Shown in pieces: positions 18,451 through 27,541 of a DNA stretch of 64,000 nucleotides (positions within the stretch are counted from its first letter, which is position 1; every line of letters starts with the position of its first letter). The stretch spans positions 42,954 to 106,953 of the forward strand of contig JAUSBL010000052.1 in assembly GCA_030658975.1 (NCBI GenBank). Direction: 5' to 3'. The translations under genes were made by a program, and so were the position numbers. Source of the stretch: Candidatus Latescibacterota bacterium. GTDB taxonomy: Bacteria; Krumholzibacteriota; Krumholzibacteriia; LZORAL124-64-63. Under the pieces are notes generated by a model. It worked only from the letters and a program-made list of their open reading frames with translations, did no database searches and was not told the DNA's origin.

Positions 18451-19684
18451 GGCGCCTCCGATCGACGAAGACGCCGCCGCGCAGCGCGAAGAAACCCAGG
18501 CCGTAGGCGTAGGTCATCATCAGCACGAAGTTGAAGGTGTAGAAGTACGCGAACTGGGACATGAACACGCCGTAGCCGACAAGCGCGTAGACCAGCAGGT
18601 GGCCCCAGTACGCCGCCGTGCGCGCCCGGACATACGCGAGCGTGGAGACGAAGCCGAGCAGCGCGCTCATCAGGAGCGCCGCCCAGGGGCCGGCGTCCCA
18701 GTAGACTTCGCCCACGAACGAGTAGACGTTGAACTCCGTGACCCCGATGTTCGCGAACGGGAGCGGCGTGGGCAGGGCGGGCGCCGCCCCCAGGGCGCTC
18801 AGCAGCTTCCAACCGGGCTGCAGCAGGACGTGACCGGGGCGCGGCGGCGGCTCCACGTCTCCGGCCGCGACTGCCGAAAGCGCGGGCCAGCTGCCGACGA
18901 TGTAGAGATACGGCCGCTGCAGGGGAGCGACCATGCCCGCCCCGCCCTCGGCGTCGTAGCCCTCCTGGCTGTAGATGTCGATCTTCTGGGTGTAGATCAC
19001 AAAGAAGCCCAGCAGCACCGCCAGCACCACCAGCATGTGCCCGGCCCGGAAGCGGTCCGGACGGCACACGCTCCAGGCCAGGATCGCCGCCACGACGCTG
19101 ATCGTGATGTACGCCTTGATGCCGGCGAGCAGCAGCCCGAGCAGGCACGCGACGAGGATCACCTCGTCCAGGCGGCGGCGCGCGCCGAAAGCCCGTTTGA
19201 TCACGTAGGTCGGCGCGACCAGGATGCCGATCAGGTTCAGGTTGCCGATGAACTGCATCTGGAACTCGTCCTGCAATCTCCAGATGCTGGCGAGCAGGCC
19301 GCCCAGGCCATGGCGGGACACGAGGATCGCCAGCGCCAGCCCCCAGCCCAGGGTCGCGATCGCCGCCGTGATGTAGTAGAAGGCCGCGAGGTGCGCCACG
19401 TCGCGCCGGCGGGTCGCCGCATCGGCGAAGCGGACCGACCGGCCGCCGACCGCGCCGAGCGCCCCGACGGCGAACATGGCGATCGACCCCAACGCCAGCG
19501 TGTAGGTCTCGCCCGAGAGCCGGATCAGATCCAGGATCCGCAGATGGTACAGCGCCAGCGACCCGCAGTTCACACCCGTGTAGATGCTCAGCGGCGTGAA
19601 CCAGTGTCCGAAGAACTGCCGCGAGGCGGCCAGCCCCACCAGCGAGACGGCGGCGAAGGCCAGGATCCAGAGCGCGTCAAACAT
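18443..19684 (-). CDS. Oligosaccharide repeat-unit polymerase (Wzy-like), paralog A
   Basis: Polytopic membrane protein; YLYIVGSWPA and EFNVYSFVGEVYWDAG resemble the 'NVYT....Y.DFG' O-antigen polymerase motif. ATG 19684. Confidence 0.75.
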   Translation of the reverse strand: MFDALWILAFAAVSLVGLAASRQFFGHWFTPLSIYTGVNCGSLALYHLRILDLIRLSGETYTLALGSIAMFAVGALGAVGGRSVRFADAATRRRDVAHLAAFYYITAAIATLGWGLALAILVSRHGLGGLLASIWRLQDEFQMQFIGNLNLIGILVAPTYVIKRAFGARRRLDEVILVACLLGLLLAGIKAYITISVVAAILAWSVCRPDRFRAGHMLVVLAVLLGFFVIYTQKIDIYSQEGYDAEGGAGMVAPLQRPYLYIVGSWPALSAVAAGDVEPPPRPGHVLLQPGWKLLSALGAAPALPTPLPFANIGVTEFNVYSFVGEVYWDAGPWAALLMSALLGFVSTLAYVRARTAAYWGHLLVYALVGYGVFMSQFAYFYTFNFVLMMTYAYGLGFFALRGGVFVDRRRRA

Positions 19685-20927
19685 GGCGCCTCCGGTCGAC
19701 GAGGACGCCCCCGCGCAGCAGCACGAACCCGATGGCATAGACGTAGAGCAGCTGGACGATCAGGTTGAACCGGTAGTAGTACATGAACGGCGACAGGAAG
19801 ATCCCGTAGCCGAACAGCGCATACACCAGCACATTCCCCCAGTACGGCGCCGTCAGCGCCCGCAGATGCAGCCTCGCCGAGACGAATCCGTACACGAGGC
19901 TGGCGAATAGGGCGCCGGTCCAATCCCAATCCCAGTACATCTCGCCGACGAACGCGTACACGTTGAATTCCGTGATCCCGATATTCGTGAACGGCAGCGC
20001 GAGCGGCAGCGGCTCCACGAGATGCAGACCGTCGCCGAGGATCTTCCACAACGCATCGAAGGTGATCGAACCGGGCTTGGGCAAGGAGTTCATCTCGCCC
20101 GCCACCAGGGATTCCGTTGCCGGCCAACTCCCCACGAAATAGATATAGGGGCGGTCCAGGATCGATAGGCTCGATCCCGCATGCGCCTCGTCGACCGCTT
20201 CCGGCTCGAACACGTCGATGTGACGGTTGTAGACCAGGAAGAAGCCCAGCAGGATCAGCACGCCGAGGACCAGGTTCTGGGGGCGGAAGCGCCCGGGGCG
20301 GCAGATCCCCCAGGCCAACAGCGCACCGATGACCGAGACCATGATATAGGTCTTGATCCCGGCCAACAGCAGGCCCACCACCGTCAAGCCGGCCAGGAAC
20401 GCATCCCTGGGACGCGCCCGCCCCAGCCCGTGCTTGATGGCGTAGGTCGGCAACACCACGATCCCGATCATGTTGAGGTAGCCGATGAACTGCATCTGGA
20501 ACTCGAGCTGCAGCACCCAGATGTTCTGCAGCAACCCGACCAGGCCGTAGCGTCCCACGAGGATCGTCGCCGACAGCATCCAGCCGAAGGTCGCCAACAC
20601 GGCCGTCACATTGAAAAACGTGTCGAGATGGCGGGCATCGCGGATCCGGGCGTAGGCCGGCCGCAAGTCCGGCGAGCGCCCCCCGATCGCCAGCAACGCT
20701 CCGATCTGGAACAGCGCCATCGAAGACAGAAGCAGCAGGTGCGTCGTCAGGGAGACGTCGTTCAGCGGCACGAGCCTCAGGTGGTAGAACGCCATCGAAA
20801 GCGAGTTCATGCCGAGATACATGCTCGCCGGCGTGAGCCACTGGCCGTACACGTGCATCGAGAACGCAATCGACGCGGCTGCGATCAGCAGGAAGAAAGC
20901 CAGCCAGAAAGCGTCGCCTGCGCTCAC
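19677..20927 (-). CDS. Oligosaccharide repeat-unit polymerase (Wzy-like), paralog B
   Basis: C-terminal part of track ORF 19677..22133; GTG 20927 overlaps the wzx stop (GTGA). Motifs YIYFVGSWPA and EFNVYAFVGEMYWDWD. Confidence 0.75.
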   Translation of the reverse strand: MSAGDAFWLAFFLLIAAASIAFSMHVYGQWLTPASMYLGMNSLSMAFYHLRLVPLNDVSLTTHLLLLSSMALFQIGALLAIGGRSPDLRPAYARIRDARHLDTFFNVTAVLATFGWMLSATILVGRYGLVGLLQNIWVLQLEFQMQFIGYLNMIGIVVLPTYAIKHGLGRARPRDAFLAGLTVVGLLLAGIKTYIMVSVIGALLAWGICRPGRFRPQNLVLGVLILLGFFLVYNRHIDVFEPEAVDEAHAGSSLSILDRPYIYFVGSWPATESLVAGEMNSLPKPGSITFDALWKILGDGLHLVEPLPLALPFTNIGITEFNVYAFVGEMYWDWDWTGALFASLVYGFVSARLHLRALTAPYWGNVLVYALFGYGIFLSPFMYYYRFNLIVQLLYVYAIGFVLLRGGVLVDRRRHV

Positions 20928-22210
20928 GCAGTTCCTCCCGCTTTCGCGACCGCACCCGCGCGCATCCGCCCGATCCCCCGCACCACCACCGCGCCATAAG
21001 CCAGCGTCACCCACGCCGACCCGGCCAGCACCGTCCAGGCCGCGCCCGTCATGCCGTGCGCCGGGATCAGCCAGCGGCCCAGCGCCACCAGCAGCACGGC
21101 GTTCAGGGCGTGGATCACGAGCTGGGGTCGGAACGCCTGCATGGCCGTGGCCGGCGCCCCGAGCAGGCTGCCGAGGTTCATGATGCCGCCGCCGGCCATG
21201 ATCAGCACGAAGAGGTCCGCGCGCACCGCGTACTCGGCGTCGTAGACCAGGGTGAGCAGGGGGCCGCCCCACCACTGCGCGACCGCCACGCCGGCCAGGC
21301 CGAGCGCCACGCCCACGGCCATGAGCTTGGCCACGGTGGAGCGGAAGGCGCTCGCTTCCCCGTCGGCGTAGTTGCGGGCCAGCCGCGCGATGCTGGACTG
21401 GGACAGGGCCATCACCACCGTGTTGGAGACGAGCACCAGGTAGGCCATGGCCGAGAAGATGCCGAGCGCCTCCTCGCCCTGGGCGCTCTCGAGCATGGTG
21501 CGGGGCACCGTGTTGCGCAGCTGGATCAGCAGCATGACGACGCCCAGCGGCAGCGCCGTCCAGATGATCGCCTTGATCGCCGCGGGTCGCCAGCGCGGGG
21601 CCAGCGTGCCGCCGTCGCCGTCGTCCGTCGCGCGCACCAGGGCGCGGCAGCGCGGGAGGTCGAAGAGCAGCAGCGGCGCCGCCCAGGCCACCGGCCAGGC
21701 CACCAGCGCCGCGTTGAGGCTCCCCGTCCAGCGGTAGACGACGGCGAACAGGACCAGCGAGACCAGGCCGCGGATCATCAGCGAGCGGGCCATCAGGTCC
21801 ATGCGCTCGCGCTTCTGCTCCAGGCCGTAGAACACGTCGCCCACGCCGTCGATCACGCGGCCGATCCCGTACAGGACGATCGCCGTGACCTGGGCCCCGC
21901 TGTAGCCGGCCAGGCCGACGCCGACCACCGCGACCAGCGCCAGGGGCGCCAGCAGCAGCTGCACGCCCAGGTAGTCGCGGAACGGGAAGCGGCCCTGCGC
22001 GTCGCTGACGAAGACGGACCTCAGCTGGAGGTTGGCGAAGACCACCAGCGGCGTCGCCACGGTCGTGGCCAGCGAGAGGCGGCCCACCTCCGCGGCCGAG
22101 CCCAGCTTGGTCAGCACGACCAGGATGCCCCACTGGCTGGCGGCGAAGACCACGTTGCCGAGGAAGGTCCAGGTGAAGTTGCGCCGCAGGGAGGGTGGGG
22201 AGGCCGCCAT
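20924..22210 (-). CDS. wzx: Polysaccharide flippase (Wzx)
   Basis: MAASPPSLRRNFTWTFLGNVVFAASQWGILVVLTKLGS..., many TM segments. TAATG coupling to the upstream gene. Confidence 0.85.
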   Translation of the reverse strand: MAASPPSLRRNFTWTFLGNVVFAASQWGILVVLTKLGSAAEVGRLSLATTVATPLVVFANLQLRSVFVSDAQGRFPFRDYLGVQLLLAPLALVAVVGVGLAGYSGAQVTAIVLYGIGRVIDGVGDVFYGLEQKRERMDLMARSLMIRGLVSLVLFAVVYRWTGSLNAALVAWPVAWAAPLLLFDLPRCRALVRATDDGDGGTLAPRWRPAAIKAIIWTALPLGVVMLLIQLRNTVPRTMLESAQGEEALGIFSAMAYLVLVSNTVVMALSQSSIARLARNYADGEASAFRSTVAKLMAVGVALGLAGVAVAQWWGGPLLTLVYDAEYAVRADLFVLIMAGGGIMNLGSLLGAPATAMQAFRPQLVIHALNAVLLVALGRWLIPAHGMTGAAWTVLAGSAWVTLAYGAVVVRGIGRMRAGAVAKAGGTA

Positions 22211-24165
22211 TACGCGGTCGGCCCGGTCGGGGCGGCGGTCGGCGGCATTTCCGCGGCCTCGCGCGTCTGGCCCTGGAAGTCGGGCACCAGTTCCAGCAGC
22301 TGTTCCCAGCACTCGCGCATGTTGCCGGCGGCGGCCGATGTGAGCAGCGCGTCCACGCGGGCGTCGAGGTCCGGCACGCCGCCGGTGCGGCGGGCCACGC
22401 GGATGCCCGGGTTGCTGGTGGGCTCCGGCTTCTCCTCGGGCGTCCACAGCTCCTCGTAGAGCTTCTCGCCCGGCCGCAGGCCGGTGTAGACGATGGGCAC
22501 GTCGATCTCGGGCGTCAGCCCCGACAGCTGGATCATCTGCCGCGCCAGGGCGTCGATCCGCACCGGCGCGCCCATGTCCAGGATGAAGATCTCGTCGCCC
22601 GTGCCCATGCCCGCCGCGTAGAGCACCAGGTGCACGGCCTCGGCGATGGTCATGAAGTAGCGCTCGATGCGCGGGTCGGTGACCGTCACCGGGCCGCCCT
22701 TGCGGATCTGCTCCAGGAACAGCTCCACGACGCTGCCCGCCGACCCCAGCACGTTCCCGAAGCGGATGGTCGAGAAGCTCGTGCCGCCCTGGTCTCCGGC
22801 GCCCAGGTGCTGGATCACGCGCTCGGCGATCTGCTTGGTCGCGCCCATGACGCTGGTGGGCCGCACGGCCTTGTCGGTGCTGATCTTCACGAAGCGCTCG
22901 ACGCCGTAGCGCTGGGACAGTCGCGCCATCGTGCGCGTGCCGCCCACGTTGTTGCGGATCGCCTCGACGGGATGGAACTGCAGGATGGGCACGTGCTTGT
23001 AGGCCGCGGCGTGGAACACGATCTGCGGCTTCCAGCGCGAGAACAGGGCGTCCATGCGCCCCTCGTCCTTGACGTCCCCGAGGAAGAAGGCGAGCGCGGC
23101 GTCGGGCCGGCGCCGCCGCAGCTCCTGCTCGAGACGGAACAACCCGTTCTCGTCCTTGTCCAGGCAGACCAGCCGCAGGGCCCCCTGGTCGACGATCTGC
23201 CGGCACAGCTCCGAACCGATGCTGCCCGCCGCCCCGGTCACCAGCACGATGCGCCCCTCCAGCAGCCGGCGGATCTCCGGCACGTCCGAACGCACGACGC
23301 GCCGGTTGAGCAGGTCGTCGAGCGAGAAGTCCTGGATGCGGGTGACCGCCTCGCTGCTCTGCAGCACCTGCCAGATGTCGGGGGTGGTCTTCAGCGGCAG
23401 GCCGGTCTCGCGGCACAGCTTCACGACGCGGTACAGCTGCGCCGTGGTGGCCGCCGGCATCGCCAGGATGATCGCCTCGGCCCTCGTGCGCCGCGCCACC
23501 TCGCCGATGACGTCGATCGGCGTGGCGACGCCCACGCCGTGGATCGTGATGCCCTGCTTGAGCGGGTCGTCGTCGACGATGGCCACCGGCCGGTAGGCGT
23601 TCAGCCTGGCCGTGTTCATGGCTTCCAGCACCAGGTTGCAGGCCCTGCCCGCGCCCACGATGACCACGCGCGTGCGCGGGCCGGCGTCGATGCCCCGCGA
23701 GAGGTGGTCCAGGATGCGGTACGCGTAGCGGCCGACCACGGCCAGCGCCATGCACAGGACGGTGTCGATGATCAGCACCGAGCGGGGGAAGGCCCCCTGG
23801 TAGGCCCACAGCAGGATCGCGGCGTCGAACGCCGATCCGACCAGGATCGCGTTGATCATCGGCGGCACGTCCCGCAGACCGGCGAACCGCCACGAGACCC
23901 GGTGCAGCCCGAAGGCGGCGAACACAACCAGTCGCACCGGCACGGCCACCAGCAGCATCGACTGCCACCACTCGGGCCACTTGGGCACCTTGCGCAGCCA
24001 GGACCACTCGAAGCGGATGAGAAAGGACAGGCACACCGACAGGGCGGCGATCGCGCCGAAGAAGGCGAAGAAGAAGAGCAGACGGTGGCGCCGGACCATG
24101 AGGCTCAGGGGTCCGGACGTCGGCGGGCGCAGAACGCCGAGGGTCTTGCGGATGCGTTCGACCAT
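22210..24165 (-). CDS. Nucleoside-diphosphate sugar epimerase/dehydratase (CapD/WbpM/PglF-like UDP-GlcNAc 4,6-dehydratase)
   Basis: 4 N-terminal TMs, IVGAGRAC, VTGAAGSIGSELCRQ, FHAAAYKHVP, ISTDKAV.PTSVMGATK, RFGNVLGS, GLRPGEKLYEEL. Confidence 0.93.
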   Translation of the reverse strand: MVERIRKTLGVLRPPTSGPLSLMVRRHRLLFFFAFFGAIAALSVCLSFLIRFEWSWLRKVPKWPEWWQSMLLVAVPVRLVVFAAFGLHRVSWRFAGLRDVPPMINAILVGSAFDAAILLWAYQGAFPRSVLIIDTVLCMALAVVGRYAYRILDHLSRGIDAGPRTRVVIVGAGRACNLVLEAMNTARLNAYRPVAIVDDDPLKQGITIHGVGVATPIDVIGEVARRTRAEAIILAMPAATTAQLYRVVKLCRETGLPLKTTPDIWQVLQSSEAVTRIQDFSLDDLLNRRVVRSDVPEIRRLLEGRIVLVTGAAGSIGSELCRQIVDQGALRLVCLDKDENGLFRLEQELRRRRPDAALAFFLGDVKDEGRMDALFSRWKPQIVFHAAAYKHVPILQFHPVEAIRNNVGGTRTMARLSQRYGVERFVKISTDKAVRPTSVMGATKQIAERVIQHLGAGDQGGTSFSTIRFGNVLGSAGSVVELFLEQIRKGGPVTVTDPRIERYFMTIAEAVHLVLYAAGMGTGDEIFILDMGAPVRIDALARQMIQLSGLTPEIDVPIVYTGLRPGEKLYEELWTPEEKPEPTSNPGIRVARRTGGVPDLDARVDALLTSAAAGNMRECWEQLLELVPDFQGQTREAAEMPPTAAPTGPTA

Positions 24166-24271
24166 GGGTTGGAACGCGGCCTCCGTACCGCGGGATCGCA
24201 GGCCGGAGGATAAGGCGCAGGCCTGGGAAAATCCAGCGGGGATAAATCCGTCGGGAGTCCGGAGGCCCGCC

Positions 24272-24886
24272 CTACCAGCTGCGGACGGGGCCAGTGTCCA
24301 GGTGAATGAAGCGCGAACCGGGGTAGTAGCCGACGCCGCCGGACTTCAGGTCGCGGGCGGCGCGGCGCAGCTGTGCGAGCTGGACGCCGGGCAGGCTCAC
24401 GTCGACGGCGCGGCCGTTGATGTGGTAGCTGTGCTTGGCCACGCCGGCGCCGCGGCGGCGCATGGCCGCGTTGGTGGCCGGGGACCGGTACCCGCAGACG
24501 ACCTGGAAAGGCTCGGACGAGTCGAGCTTGGCGGTCACGTCGTGCAGCAGGTCCAGCAACTGGGGGTCGATGGGCTTGACCTCATCGTTGCGGTGGTCCC
24601 GCAGCAGTCGATCGAGGGCAGCCGTCGCATCTGGCACGAGGATGCCCTTCTCCCGGTAGGCGCAGGACAGCCGCTCGCCGGTATTGACGTTCAGCAGCGA
24701 AATCAGGTGTGCGTCCGGGACGCCGGGGATCCCCGTCGGCGCCGGGGGCGGCGGAGCGCCGAGGACGTCGCTCCCGGTCACCGCAGCGGCCAGGGGCAGG
24801 GGCGCCAGGCAGGCCAGTGCCACGCCTCCGAAGATCCGCAGGAAGCGCCGCCGGTCGACGGCGTCGTTGTCGATCTGGTTGGTCAA
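24272..24886 (-). CDS. ycbK: YcbK/DUF882 (peptidase M15) murein endopeptidase with Tat-like signal
   Basis: DRRRFLR Tat motif; LLRDHR, IDPQLLDLL, GYRSPATN, SYHINGRAVD, GGVGYYP..FIHLDTG. TTG 24886 with GAAGGG upstream. Confidence 0.88.
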   Translation of the reverse strand: MTNQIDNDAVDRRRFLRIFGGVALACLAPLPLAAAVTGSDVLGAPPPPAPTGIPGVPDAHLISLLNVNTGERLSCAYREKGILVPDATAALDRLLRDHRNDEVKPIDPQLLDLLHDVTAKLDSSEPFQVVCGYRSPATNAAMRRRGAGVAKHSYHINGRAVDVSLPGVQLAQLRRAARDLKSGGVGYYPGSRFIHLDTGPVRSW

Positions 24887-25139
24887 ACAGGATGTCCCTT
24901 CACGATGCCGATGTCCTCGCGGACGCTCCGACCGGCGGCTACCTGACTCTTCCTGGAGGAAGACGGGCAACGCACAAAATGGAGCGCGGGTTCCCGAAAG
25001 GGGAGTCCTGTTTTTTGCTTAATGGTAATATTCAACGCCATCCGGCGATCTCCCAGCACCTTGACAGCGGGCGTTCCCCCTGCGATTGATGGGATGATAC
25101 GCTCCATCAGCCCGATTCCTGCCTTCCCGGGGGTCCCCG

Positions 25140-26999
25140 ATGGCGTCCCCTCGCCAGCACCGCAACTTTAACATCATGCCGCTCTTGATGTTACTGCTCT
25201 TGGTGCTGGCCGCCGCCGCCGGCTGGCGCTGGCAGGCCTGGTCGCGGGCGATCAACCTCATGCTGCCCGAAGGCTCCCGGCCCGCCCGCATGACCTTCGC
25301 CGTCGAGGAACACGACCGCGACGGCTTCGAACTGGTCGCCAGGAGCCTGGACCTCGAGTTCCGGCGCAACTTCGACCACGTGGACCGCTTCCGCGAAGCC
25401 GGCATCCGCTCCTACCGCGGCCCCGAGACCTGCCTGGTCTGCCACCGGGAGATCGAGTTCGTGAACACCTACGGATTGCCCCGCCGCGAGGATCTCATGA
25501 AGAACCTCACCGGTTCGGTGCACTACCGCTTGTTCAGCTCGGACCACAAGAATGTCCGCGGCTTCAGCGGCCGCTCGGCCGACGGCCTGCCCATGGGCAT
25601 GATCGACCGCCCCTGCCCCAAGCCGGGCTCATTCGCGATGACCGCCTGGGCCGAGTGGGTCGTCAACACGCGGGGCGACACCCTCAGCGAGGGCTGCGGC
25701 CAGTGCCACATCGGCGGCCAGGCGCAGGCCCCCCTCGGCGAGATCATGCCCCACTACAGGACGCTGCCCGAGGAGCGCGACGCCATCGACTGCCTCATCT
25801 GCCACGCCGCGGCCTACGACTTGAACCGCAGGCAGGTGGTCCGCGACGCCAACGGCCGCCTGCGCTGGGACCAGGACCGCAGCCTGCGCGCCGCCCTCTC
25901 GGTGGAGACGCCGTCGTCGCAGTCCTGCCTGCGCTGCCACCAGCACAACATGGGCGGCGACGTCTACGTCGACCCGAAGGATCCCTCCTTCACACCCTCG
26001 TCGCGCGCACGCGGCGACCGCTACCCGCGCGTGATGCACCCCGGCTCCAAGCGCGGCACCCCCTACTCGCCGTCCTGGGACGTGCACGCCGCCGCCGGCC
26101 TGGCCTGCCTCGACTGCCACCCCACCGAGGGCCACCGCATCGCCAAGGGCACGCACACCACCACGATGATGGCCAACGACCTGCCGGACGTCGAGGTGGC
26201 CTGCGAGCGCTGCCACACCGACGCACCCCACGAGGACAACACGCGCACCGCCCGCATCCTGAACGAGCACGGCACCTGGATCGCCTGCGTCACCTGCCAC
26301 ATCCCCAGCCTCCACCCCGACAACGTCACCCGCCGCGATTTCTCGCAGACGGTCCTGGAGACGGAGCAGGGCATCCACATCTACGATGATGTGGAGAAGC
26401 TGACCGGCCCGGGCGAGGGCCTTGCCTACGTCTGGTGGAACGGGGACGCCACCTTCCTCGGCAACCCGATCGGCGACAACCCCGACGGCACGTGGCGCGC
26501 CTACACGGCGCCGCACCGCTGGCCCGAGTGGGAGCAGTACGACTACGACGCCTGGTACGAGCGCGTGATGCGCCCGCTGGCGGCCGCGGGCCGCCCCAGC
26601 AAGCTGTACGCGATGAAGCGCTTCAACGGCCGCCAGCACATCGACCTGCAGAACGCCGGTCCCTTCGGCGGCATGTTCGTGCCCTACAACCTGCCCCTGT
26701 ACTACCGCGACGGCGACCCCGACGCCGCCGCCCGCGCCGAGATGGAAAAGCCCATGATGAAAATGATGTACGGCCGCATGTTCCAGATCTACCTCATGAA
26801 CCGATTCATCAGCTACATGGATGTCCCCGGCTGGAACACCCAGGCCTACGAAGACGTCCGCGCCGGCCGCCAGGTCGAGCCCCGCTGGCTGCCCGAAGAC
26901 GCCATGCTCGAGGTCAGCCACGGGGTGCGCCTGAAAGGGGCGCTGAATTGCCGCGACTGCCATGCCCCCGACGGCAGCATGGCGCCCTTCCTTCCTTAG
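25140..26999 (+). CDS. Octaheme cytochrome c (octaheme tetrathionate/nitrite reductase-like)
   Basis: Eight CxxCH motifs (CLVCH, CGQCH, CLICH, CLRCH, CLDCH, CERCH, CVTCH, CRDCH) and an N-terminal TM/signal. Spacing, IACVTCHIP and the terminal ALNCRDCH resemble the OTR family. Alternative start ATG 25176. Confidence 0.8.
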   Translation: MASPRQHRNFNIMPLLMLLLLVLAAAAGWRWQAWSRAINLMLPEGSRPARMTFAVEEHDRDGFELVARSLDLEFRRNFDHVDRFREAGIRSYRGPETCLVCHREIEFVNTYGLPRREDLMKNLTGSVHYRLFSSDHKNVRGFSGRSADGLPMGMIDRPCPKPGSFAMTAWAEWVVNTRGDTLSEGCGQCHIGGQAQAPLGEIMPHYRTLPEERDAIDCLICHAAAYDLNRRQVVRDANGRLRWDQDRSLRAALSVETPSSQSCLRCHQHNMGGDVYVDPKDPSFTPSSRARGDRYPRVMHPGSKRGTPYSPSWDVHAAAGLACLDCHPTEGHRIAKGTHTTTMMANDLPDVEVACERCHTDAPHEDNTRTARILNEHGTWIACVTCHIPSLHPDNVTRRDFSQTVLETEQGIHIYDDVEKLTGPGEGLAYVWWNGDATFLGNPIGDNPDGTWRAYTAPHRWPEWEQYDYDAWYERVMRPLAAAGRPSKLYAMKRFNGRQHIDLQNAGPFGGMFVPYNLPLYYRDGDPDAAARAEMEKPMMKMMYGRMFQIYLMNRFISYMDVPGWNTQAYEDVRAGRQVEPRWLPEDAMLEVSHGVRLKGALNCRDCHAPDGSMAPFLP

Positions 27000-27073
27000 A
27001 TCCTGTAGTTACGATGCCCCTCAGTCAGCCCTTACATGTATAGATATGTATCAATTCATGGATATATCGTACC

Positions 27074-27406
27074 CTATACACATCCATCTGGTTTTGGAAG
27101 ACCAGCGTATTTGCAGGCGCCGTGGGCGGGCCCCTTGGGAAACAGCTCGTAGATCCGGCTCAGCTTGAAGCCGGTCTCCTGGCAGAGGAGGCGGACCATC
27201 GGGGCGCGGTCGAGGCGGGACCAGTACGCGCGCAGGAACTCCAGGACCCGCCAGTGCTCGGCGGTGAGTTCGGGCAGACCGTCGGCGGCGGCCAGGGCGG
27301 TGGCGATCGCGGGGGTCCAGTCGTCGGGGTGGACCATGAAGCCATCGTGATCGACGGTCAGGCGCACGCCGTCGTACTGGAAGAGTCTGGGATCCCCGCT
27401 CGCCAT
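27074..27406 (-). CDS. dsrC: DsrC/TusE family sulfur-relay protein with both C-terminal cysteines (DsrC type)
   Basis: DHDGFM..PDDW, LTAEHWRV, APMVRLL, YELFPKGPAHGACKYAGLPKPDGCV (Cys-X10-Cys). ATG 27406 with GGAGGG RBS. Confidence 0.85.
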   Translation of the reverse strand: MASGDPRLFQYDGVRLTVDHDGFMVHPDDWTPAIATALAAADGLPELTAEHWRVLEFLRAYWSRLDRAPMVRLLCQETGFKLSRIYELFPKGPAHGACKYAGLPKPDGCV

Positions 27407-27487
27407 GCCTTCCCTCCGGTGCCGATGATCAGCGAACGTTAGCGCACCCAGGGGAGGGAGGCAAGTCATGGGCGGGCCCTTCAACGA

Positions 27488-27511
27488 GAGACCCGGCTCG
27501 CGCCGGGTCTC
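27488..27511 (-). terminator. Hairpin, possible terminator of the leftward glycan operon
   Basis: Perfect 10-bp stem GAGACCCGGC-tcgc-GCCGGGTCTC, 30 bp after the 27542 stop. Weak U-tract. Confidence 0.5.
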
Positions 27512-27541
27512 CCGTGGTCATCGGATTCCGGGTTCTGCGGA

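Noticed and set aside
25061..25089. TTGACA upstream of the octaheme gene as a sigma70 promoter
   Set aside because: No credible -10 at 16-18 bp spacing.
27026..27056. dif-like site (TGTATA core followed by an ATGT-containing arm)
   Set aside because: The right arm does not match XerD TTATGTTAAAT at the right spacing, and there is no XerC arm.
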